Assembly (NCBI GenBank): GCA_018970465.1
Contig: JAGWWI010000001.1
Coordinates: 3,430 to 67,429 of the forward strand
DNA from: Patescibacteria group bacterium
Lineage (GTDB): Bacteria; Patescibacteriota; Minisyncoccia; Phycocordibacterales; Phycocordibacteraceae
Direction: 5' to 3'
Length of the DNA: 64,000 nt
Positions 56,973-64,000 of the stretch are shown here, piece after piece; the stretch's first letter is position 1; every line of letters starts with the position of its first letter. The position numbers and the translations under genes were made by a program. Under the pieces are notes generated by a model. That model did not search any database, had not been told where the DNA came from, and saw only the letters and a program-made list of their open reading frames with translations.

Positions 56973-59051
56973 ATGGCCAAAGCAGCTGAAAAAGAGCCCA
57001 AGAAAAGCGCCTACGACGCCTCCTCGATCACCGTTCTTGAGGGCCTCGAGCCGGTCCGGAAGCGTCCGGGGATGTACATCGGGACCACGGGCCCCGAGGG
57101 ATTGCATCACCTCATCTGGGAAATTTTCGACAACGCGCGCGACGAGGCGATGGCTGGCCGCTGCGACGATATCGAGGTCGCTCTGCTCCCCGGCGGTTGG
57201 GTGCGCGTCGCCGATAACGGCAACGGCATCCCGGTCGGCATCCACCCCAAGACGAAGGTCTCTGCGCTCGAGACGATCATGACCACGCTCCATGCGGGCG
57301 GCAAGTTCGACAACAATGCGTACAAAGTCTCGGGCGGCCTCCACGGCGTGGGCGCCTCGGTCGTGAACGCCTTGTCGGAGGAGGCGAAGGTCGTCGTCCA
57401 TCAGGACGGCGGCATGCACCTCCAGGAGTACAAGATCGGCGTCCCGAGGGCGAAGGTGAAGAAGATCGGCACGACGAAGGAGCACGGCACGATCGTCCTC
57501 TTCAAGCCTGACGTGACGATCTTCAAGGAGGGGATCGAATGGGAGTGGGGGAAGATCGTCGCGCACCTCCGGCAGCAGGCCTACCTCGTGAAGGCGGTGC
57601 GGATCGCGGTCGTCGACGCGCGGGAGCAGGAGGACGCGTTCGAGACGGAGACCTTGTTCCTCCGCGATATGCAGGTCGAAGCGCCCTCGATGACCTTCTA
57701 TTTCGAAGGCGGGCTCGCTTCGCTTATCGCCTTCTACAACGCGCATCAGGAGCCGGTCCACAAGAATATCTTTTATGTAGACAAAGAGCAGGACGGGGTG
57801 ATGGTCGAAGTGGCGCTCCAGTATGTCGACGACATCACCTCCCGCATCACCGCCTTCGCGAACAATACCTACAACAGCGACGGCGGCACGCACGTGACCG
57901 GATTCAAGACGGCGCTCACGCGTACGCTGAACAGCTACGGCCGCGCGGCGAACCTGCTCAAAGAGAAGGACGAGAACTTCACGGGCGACGATGTGCTCGA
58001 GGGCCTGACGGCGGTCGTCTCGGTGAAGCTGCCCGAGATCCAGTTCGAGGGCCAGACGAAGGCGAAGCTCGGGTCGACGGAGGCGACCGGCGCGGTCGCG
58101 AGCGTATTCGGCGAGGCGTTCAGCGCGTTCCTCGAGGAGCACCCTGACGACGCACGCGCGATCATCAACAAAGTCACCCTCGCCTTGAAGGCGCGCAAGG
58201 CCGCGAAGGCCGCGAAGGATTCCGTGCTGCGCAAGGGGGCGCTCGAGGGTATGACCTTGCCCGGCAAGCTCGCGGACTGCCAGGTCAAGAGCGCGGAGGA
58301 GGCCGAGCTCTTCATCGTCGAGGGCGAGTCGGCCGGCGGCTCCTCGAAGCAGGGCCGCGACCGCCGCACGCAGGCGATCCTCCCGTTGAAGGGCAAGATC
58401 CTGAACGTTGAGCGCGCGCGCATCGACCGAATGCTCGCCTCGGTCGAGATCCGCGCGCTGGTCGTCGCGATGGGTACCGCCATAGGCGACGTCTTCGACC
58501 TCGCCAAACTCCGCTACCACAAGATCATCATCGCGACCGACGCCGACGTCGACGGCGCGCATATCCGCACGCTCCTCCTCACCTTGCTCTATCGCCACTT
58601 CCGCCCCGTGATCGAAGGCGGGTTCGTCTATATCGCGCAGCCGCCCTTGTACAAGATTTCGAAGGGCAAGCAGGTCGCCTACGCCTACTCCGAACCGGAG
58701 AAGGATGCGACCTTGAAGGCGATGGGCGTCGCGCCCGAGGAGATCGCGGAGGTGACGGAGGCCGAAGGCGAAGCCGAAGGTCCCGAGCAGAGCGAGGGAG
58801 AAGAGGAGGCGACCGCCAAGAGCAAGAAGAGCCCCCGCGCGAACGTCCAGCGCTACAAGGGCTTGGGCGAGATGAACCCGACCGAGCTCTGGGAGACGAC
58901 CATGGACCCCGCTCGCCGCGTCTTGAAGCGCGTGCGGATCGAGGACGCCGAGTCGGCTGATCGCATCTTCGACATCCTCATGGGCACCGACGTTGCCTCG
59001 CGCAAGAGCTTTATCCAGTCGAACGCGAAATTGGCGACACTCGACGTATAA
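56973..59051 (+). CDS. gyrB: DNA gyrase subunit B
   Basis: LEGLEPVRKRPGMYIG, HAGGKF, SGGLHGVG, PLKGKILNV, TDADVDG, QRYKGLGEMNP. Confidence 0.95.
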   Translation: MAKAAEKEPKKSAYDASSITVLEGLEPVRKRPGMYIGTTGPEGLHHLIWEIFDNARDEAMAGRCDDIEVALLPGGWVRVADNGNGIPVGIHPKTKVSALETIMTTLHAGGKFDNNAYKVSGGLHGVGASVVNALSEEAKVVVHQDGGMHLQEYKIGVPRAKVKKIGTTKEHGTIVLFKPDVTIFKEGIEWEWGKIVAHLRQQAYLVKAVRIAVVDAREQEDAFETETLFLRDMQVEAPSMTFYFEGGLASLIAFYNAHQEPVHKNIFYVDKEQDGVMVEVALQYVDDITSRITAFANNTYNSDGGTHVTGFKTALTRTLNSYGRAANLLKEKDENFTGDDVLEGLTAVVSVKLPEIQFEGQTKAKLGSTEATGAVASVFGEAFSAFLEEHPDDARAIINKVTLALKARKAAKAAKDSVLRKGALEGMTLPGKLADCQVKSAEEAELFIVEGESAGGSSKQGRDRRTQAILPLKGKILNVERARIDRMLASVEIRALVVAMGTAIGDVFDLAKLRYHKIIIATDADVDGAHIRTLLLTLLYRHFRPVIEGGFVYIAQPPLYKISKGKQVAYAYSEPEKDATLKAMGVAPEEIAEVTEAEGEAEGPEQSEGEEEATAKSKKSPRANVQRYKGLGEMNPTELWETTMDPARRVLKRVRIEDAESADRIFDILMGTDVASRKSFIQSNAKLATLDV

Positions 59052-59057
59052 ACGAGT

Positions 59058-59083
59058 GCGTCGCCGCCCGAAGGCGGCGACGC
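59058..59083. terminator. hairpin after gyrB
   Basis: gcgtcgccgcc-cgaa-ggcggcgacgc. Confidence 0.6.
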
Positions 59084-59091
59084 GAGGAATC

Positions 59092-59907
59092 TTACCTCAG
59101 TCTTGAGAGCTGATCCGTAATCTGAGGATGCACTCGCCGGCGAGCGCGGTACAGCTCGCTGGTCGGGATGCATACGGCCACGGACCCTTGGAGACCGGTG
59201 ACATGGCCTGTATTCATCCCGACAAGCCGCGCCTTGTCATCGATGATGGGGCTTCCAGAGTAACCCTCATCGCTCAGCATACGGAGAAGCCAACAGGGAA
59301 GCCATCCTTCGGCCCGGAGCGCCGTGAGGCGCTGGAAGTCTGGTTCAGGGAACTGCTTGATGGGCTCCCCGTTCTTATACAGGGCGCCCCATACGGCCTT
59401 CCGAACATTCGGGTGTTGCGCGCACAGGGTCGAGAGATGGCCGGTATCCGCATCCATGCGGTGCTGAAAACTGTAGAGCGTCTCATTGCGCACCTCCCGA
59501 TCGCGGTCGACGAGTCGCAACCTCGTGAACTGCGTCGCATCTGGGAGCCGAACGAATTGGAACGCCACATCACTTCCCTCGATCGGATCGTAGATGGGCG
59601 AGCCAAGCACCTCTCCGGGTATCGGTTCGGGAGGTGCCGGGAAGTTCACGAATGCGGAGGCACCCACACGCTTGCCCACTTCGAGCGTGTGGCGGCAGGC
59701 GATGAGGAGGGTAATGTTCGATTCGTATATCTCGATCAGGCTGCCCATGCCGAGCGAAATGTCTGTCGGGTTCTCTCTCTCACACCATCGGACCGATGGC
59801 GGACGGCCAGGGCGGCGACCGGCTGTGGCCGCTCGCGGAAGGCAGTTATCTCCGGTGACACCCCTCGAGGGTTCCCAAAGCGTGACGCATTCTGGGTAGA
59901 CAAGCAT
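59092..59907 (-). CDS. trypsin-like serine protease domain protein
   Basis: LIACRH (His), SDVA (Asp), GYSGSPIID...LVGMN (Ser). Confidence 0.65.
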   Translation of the reverse strand: MLVYPECVTLWEPSRGVTGDNCLPRAATAGRRPGRPPSVRWCERENPTDISLGMGSLIEIYESNITLLIACRHTLEVGKRVGASAFVNFPAPPEPIPGEVLGSPIYDPIEGSDVAFQFVRLPDATQFTRLRLVDRDREVRNETLYSFQHRMDADTGHLSTLCAQHPNVRKAVWGALYKNGEPIKQFPEPDFQRLTALRAEGWLPCWLLRMLSDEGYSGSPIIDDKARLVGMNTGHVTGLQGSVAVCIPTSELYRARRRVHPQITDQLSRLR

Positions 59908-59971
59908 GTTCTCCTTTCGGAACGGTTCTACTCTGCAAGCACCGTACGACAACAACAGAGCAAAAGCTAGC

Positions 59972-60002
59972 GCGCCGCGGCCCGGAGGGCCGCGGCGCTT
60001 TT
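59972..60002. terminator. terminator-like hairpin
   Basis: gcgccgcggccc-gga-gggccgcggcgc followed by tttt. Confidence 0.6.
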
Positions 60003-60018
60003 CTCTTATTCTTTGAAA

Positions 60019-60786
60019 TTACTGCACCGTAATCGTCGCCGAGGCGCTATTGTTCGACTCGTTCGACTCCCGGACCTTGTTGTCCGGGTCGGCAGTGACG
60101 GTGATCGCGTTGGTGCCTGTGCGCGGACGGCCCGTCGAGAGCCGGAGGTCGATCATGACCGGCTGATTCGGGTCGAGGGAGGCCATCGTCTCGGTGTCGG
60201 TCAGGTTCGCGTTCGATGCGGCCGGGACGCTCGCCTCGAGGCTCCAGGGGCCGGTCTGGTTGGTGCCGATATTCGTCACGAGGATCTCGGCGGCGAGCTC
60301 GTTCGAGCGGGAGATCGTCGAGGCGGGGACGAAGTTCCCGCTCGAGTCGACGTAGCCCACGTCGACGATCTTCACGATGAGATCGGGGAGGCCGGAGTAG
60401 CTCGCGCTCCCGGAGGGGTTCGGGATCTTGACTGCGCCCGGGACGGGATACGAGGTCGTCACGGTGCGGTAGTAGACGGGCGCTGGGCCGGCAGCCTTCT
60501 GCGGCGTCGAGGACGCAGCCGGGGTCGAGGAGGCCGCGGCGGGCGTCGACGTGGCCTCGGGGAAGGGGAGCGTGGTCGAGGCGGTCGGGACGACCGCGAG
60601 CCGCGAGGCCGGGCCTGGCGCGAAGAGGGAGCCCACGTAGTCGGCGGCCGCGCCGAGGCCGCCCGTGCCCGTCAGGGAGCGGGCGAGCCAGAGCGCGAGC
60701 CAGAGGCCCACGACGACAAGCGCCACGAAGCCGACGACAGCGAGCGCGGTGATGGATGCGTTCTTGGCGGGGGTATCGGGGTTCAT
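60019..60786 (-). CDS. membrane-anchored CARDB-domain protein
   Basis: GLPDL.V, VTNIG, ITVTADPDNKVRESNESNN. Confidence 0.8.
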   Translation of the reverse strand: MNPDTPAKNASITALAVVGFVALVVVGLWLALWLARSLTGTGGLGAAADYVGSLFAPGPASRLAVVPTASTTLPFPEATSTPAAASSTPAASSTPQKAAGPAPVYYRTVTTSYPVPGAVKIPNPSGSASYSGLPDLIVKIVDVGYVDSSGNFVPASTISRSNELAAEILVTNIGTNQTGPWSLEASVPAASNANLTDTETMASLDPNQPVMIDLRLSTGRPRTGTNAITVTADPDNKVRESNESNNSASATITVQ

Positions 60787-60880
60787 GGGATGCGCTTCTG
60801 TTACCACTTGAGAAGATATCTGTCAAGCCTCGGCGCACTTGACATAAGGCTCTCTATGCTGTACTGATTGGTAAGACGAT

Positions 60881-61549
60881 ATGGGTGTCCTCGTGAACGG
60901 TATCCGCGCCAGTCGGCGCGCCTGGGGCCGGAAGTGGAGCTTCTCGGGGCTTTTCCTCGTGATCTTCGCCCTCATGGTGCTCCTCCTCGCGCGGCTCGAC
61001 CTCCTGCCCGACCCTCCGGCCGCTGCAGCCGATGGCGGAGCGGCGGCCGGGAGCGCCGCAGCGACCATCGCCGCGACCACGACCGCAGTCTCGCCGGCTG
61101 TGCCTGAAGCGCCGGTTAAGATCGAGATCGCGAAGATCGGCCTCTCGGCGACCATCGCCGACCCGGCGACGACCGACACGAACGTCCTCGACGCACTCCT
61201 CCTCAAAGGGGCGGTGCGGTACCCGACGTCGGCCAAGCTGAACGAGGACGGCAACGTGGTCATCTTCGGCCACTCGAGCTATCTGCCGATCGTCAAGAAC
61301 CAGGCGTACAAGACCTTTGACGGGATCCAGAAACTTTCGGCGGGCGACCTCATCACCGTGTATTCATCCGACGCCGCGTACACCTATGCGGTGCGCACCG
61401 TGGCCAAGGAGAAGGCGAGCAACGCGGCGATCCCGCTCGCGGTTGCCGGGCGTGTGCTCACGCTCTCGACCTGCAACTCCTTCGCGACGACGGACGACCG
61501 GTTCGTCGTGACCGCCGACTTTGTTGAAAGCCATCCGATCGGGGAGTAA
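60881..61549 (+). CDS. sortase
   Basis: N-terminal TM; GNVVIFGHSS, LTLSTC, R. Confidence 0.88.
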   Translation: MGVLVNGIRASRRAWGRKWSFSGLFLVIFALMVLLLARLDLLPDPPAAAADGGAAAGSAAATIAATTTAVSPAVPEAPVKIEIAKIGLSATIADPATTDTNVLDALLLKGAVRYPTSAKLNEDGNVVIFGHSSYLPIVKNQAYKTFDGIQKLSAGDLITVYSSDAAYTYAVRTVAKEKASNAAIPLAVAGRVLTLSTCNSFATTDDRFVVTADFVESHPIGE

Positions 61550-61691
61550 GCTCCCCGGCAGATGGCTCTCCGCAAGGGGATCTTGATGAAGATCTTCATG
61601 GAAGCCCGGGCCCCTGGTAGGCGCCGGTAAAGCTCGTTTCCTGCAACAATTCAACCCAAACCGCCCCGGACGGGGCTGAAAGGAGGGCGCT

Positions 61692-62822
61692 ATGCGCCTC
61701 CACACGATCCTGGCCGCCATGGTGGCGGCTCTCGGGCTGGCTGGCTGCGCGAGCAGCCCGCCAGTTAGCTACATCTCGCCGGGTTCGGCGGGGCAATACT
61801 CGTCGGTCGCAACGCCAGGCGTGAGTCCGCAAGAGGACCCGCCCAAGCTGGCGTCCCTCGAGCCTTTCCGAGCTTTCGGGCTCGGACAGGGGCACGGTTA
61901 CGCTCGCACTTACCGCAACCGGTCCATCCCGGAGCTTGTGGGATTGCTGCGCAGCCCAGCCGAGTTCTCGCGGCAGATGCGCGTCTCGTGCAGCATCTGG
62001 GTCCGGCAGGTCGCGGAAGCGCACCCGGGTACCCCGTGGGAGAGCTGCGAGGGCGCTGCGGCCGCGCTCGAACGCGGTGGCTATGCCTCCGTCGCCTGCA
62101 CCGACCAGATGCTGGCGCAGAACTGGCTCGCGGTAACCGATGCTGAAGGCCACGCCTTCGGCGTCTGGCACCGGCGCTGCCTCCCGGGCGAGCAATTGCT
62201 CGTGCAGGGCGACCAACTGCTCGCGTCGCTTCTCTGCATCAACCCGGGGGTTCCGGCTGGTGCTCCCCCGGCACCCCCGCCTATGATGCCGGTGGCGACA
62301 GGCGGCTGCCCTGCTGTTGATATCCTCAAAATCAACATCTGGGGACATGAGGCGCTTGCCTTGCCGGGAGTCGAGCGCACAGATGCGAACGAGCAGCTCG
62401 CGAACCGCTTCGATGTGTACAACCGCATCGCGCACGTCTCGTATGACAACGGCGCGCAGTTCCGTCAGGCATACGCCGCGGGTCAGATCGGCCGGAGTCG
62501 CCAGCCGCACATGATGCAACTCTCGTTCATCATGACGAGCCAGGCGCATGGCGGCGCTCCCGACATCCTGCGCGAGCAGATCGTCGGCGTCGTCCCGGTG
62601 ACTGGGCTCTACGAATGGCGAATTCCGGCAGCCGTGCGTCGCGTCTGGGATGCCGAACGCGTTGTGCCGGTCAATAGCGACGTGTCCTCGCCGCCGGCGT
62701 CCGGTCAAACGGGGTATCACGAGCTCAGATTCTTCAACCACTTGCCCGAGAATCCGACCGAGGGCGAGTGGGCGCGGAACCCGGTTCCTGATTGCGTCAT
62801 GAACGAGCACTTCATCGAGTGA
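61692..62822 (+). CDS. putative lipoprotein, unknown function
   Basis: AAGGAGG SD motif; lipobox LAGC. Confidence 0.65.
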   Translation: MRLHTILAAMVAALGLAGCASSPPVSYISPGSAGQYSSVATPGVSPQEDPPKLASLEPFRAFGLGQGHGYARTYRNRSIPELVGLLRSPAEFSRQMRVSCSIWVRQVAEAHPGTPWESCEGAAAALERGGYASVACTDQMLAQNWLAVTDAEGHAFGVWHRRCLPGEQLLVQGDQLLASLLCINPGVPAGAPPAPPPMMPVATGGCPAVDILKINIWGHEALALPGVERTDANEQLANRFDVYNRIAHVSYDNGAQFRQAYAAGQIGRSRQPHMMQLSFIMTSQAHGGAPDILREQIVGVVPVTGLYEWRIPAAVRRVWDAERVVPVNSDVSSPPASGQTGYHELRFFNHLPENPTEGEWARNPVPDCVMNEHFIE

Positions 62823-62926
62823 GCGCGCTCGTTTCGATCTCGGAGGGGCGCTACGCGCCCCGATGAGGTCCCTTTTCGGGCTCGTCTCCTTTCGAGAGGC
62901 GAGTCGGAAATAGGACCATCACCATC

Positions 62927-64000
62927 ATGTCACTCACTTTTAATCGCTATACCATACTAGTTCCCCTTTTCGTCGTTATCGCTTCGGCGACGGTTTTTGC
63001 GGCGCACTTCAACTGGATTTCCTACGGAGTTCACGGTTTTTCCGTGCATATTCTTCATGCCTACGCCGAAGGTGATGGAGGTGGCGGCGATGGAGGTGGC
63101 AGTGATGGTGGTGGCGGAGACGGTGGTGGTAACGATGGGGGCGGTGGCGACAGTGGCGGCACGAGCACGAGCGGCGGGAACAACGGCGGAGGCGGCGAAA
63201 GCACGCCCACGCCGCCTCCGCCTGCGGTGCCCAGCTGCACCATGTCCTTCAGTCCGACGGCGACCGGGGTCAACGAGGACAGCACGTTCTCGTGGTCGAC
63301 CACGGACGCAACTTCCTTTTCTACGGACGTATACGGCGCGCTCGATCTCTCGGGCTCGATCCCGGGCGCTCACAGCGGCCAGACGATCACGGTGAATGGC
63401 ACGGTGACGGGGCCGGGGGGCACCAACTCCTGCAGCGCGACTCTCACGGTGAATCAGCCCCCGGCTCCGCCGCCTCCGTCGGCGACGCCGACCTGCACCA
63501 TGTCCTTCAGCCCCTCGACGGTCGGGGTCAACGAGAACTCGACGCTCACCTGGTCGACCTCGAACGCGACCTCCTTCTCGACCGACATCTACGGCAGCCT
63601 TGCGCTCTCGGGCTCGATCCCGGGCGCTCACAGCGGCCAGACGATCACGGTGAACGGCACCGTCCAGGGCGCAAGCGGCACCGCGACCTGCAGCGCCACG
63701 CTGACGGTGAACCAGCCGCCGCCCGCTACCAATCACCCGGCCGGCGGCTATTTCGATACCGCGACGTGTACCAGCCTCGATGGCTGGGTCGTCGACCCGG
63801 ACGATCCGAACGATCCGGCCAATGTCCGCATATTCGAAGACGGTCCGTCGGCGAGCGGGACGCTGCTTGGCACCTTCCTCACGAGCGTCTTCCGCGGCGA
63901 TGTGACGGAGAGCACGACCGGCATCCCGGGTCTCGTTGCCGGTAATCACGGCTTCTCCGTCCCCACGCCCGCAAGCGCGAAGGATGGCGCTACGCACACC
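62927..64000 (+). CDS. modular surface protein (partial; absent from the ORF track), paralogous to 45864-47948
   Basis: MSLTFNRYTILVPLFVVIA...AYA-EGDGGGGDGG...; two tandem CTMSFSP...WST...GAHSGQTITVNGTV...CSATLTV modules; GW..D...RGDV...GNHGFS module. Confidence 0.8.
   Translation, partial: MSLTFNRYTILVPLFVVIASATVFAAHFNWISYGVHGFSVHILHAYAEGDGGGGDGGGSDGGGGDGGGNDGGGGDSGGTSTSGGNNGGGGESTPTPPPPAVPSCTMSFSPTATGVNEDSTFSWSTTDATSFSTDVYGALDLSGSIPGAHSGQTITVNGTVTGPGGTNSCSATLTVNQPPAPPPPSATPTCTMSFSPSTVGVNENSTLTWSTSNATSFSTDIYGSLALSGSIPGAHSGQTITVNGTVQGASGTATCSATLTVNQPPPATNHPAGGYFDTATCTSLDGWVVDPDDPNDPANVRIFEDGPSASGTLLGTFLTSVFRGDVTESTTGIPGLVAGNHGFSVPTPASAKDGATHT

Noticed and set aside
62855-62917. Hammerhead ribozyme (cgatgag...gaaa)
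   Set aside because: The core reads CCGAUGA rather than CUGAUGA, and the stems do not fit the three-way junction

Overview
High-GC bacterial chromosome segment, genetic code 11. It looks like a CPR/Patescibacteria (Parcubacteria-like) genome, judged from the shortened RF1 and PheS/PheT, split transketolase, class I aldolase, several type IV pilins, Ser/Thr-rich surface proteins and SD-less genes that start just after a -10 box. Housekeeping blocks are transport/redox genes (1-12.4 kb), glycolysis/pentose-phosphate genes (28-36 kb), and rplY, rpmE-prfA-rpsB-tsf-tRNA-Thr, pheST and gyrB. The 12.4-27.3 kb accessory island is the most unusual part. (i) A giant surface protein gene with a peptidase S74 chaperone domain is fractured by a naturally split intein; the two halves are separated by a Zn-ribbon/PD-(D/E)XK nuclease gene and a four-helix-bundle gene, and all four ORFs are chained by ATGA overlaps. 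(ii) An array of LamG adhesin genes and stubs is interleaved with RNase toxin genes; the three without a protein antitoxin (NYN and two PemK/MazF) each have a convergent TTGAC-N16-TAtnnT promoter that predicts a short hairpin antisense RNA over the toxin 3' end, while the HicAB pair does not. Also present: a REP-flanked RAYT transposase, three pilin plus small-membrane-protein cassettes, an Rpe-TktN fusion and a possible modified-peptide locus. All calls come from motif recognition by eye; no database searches were run.
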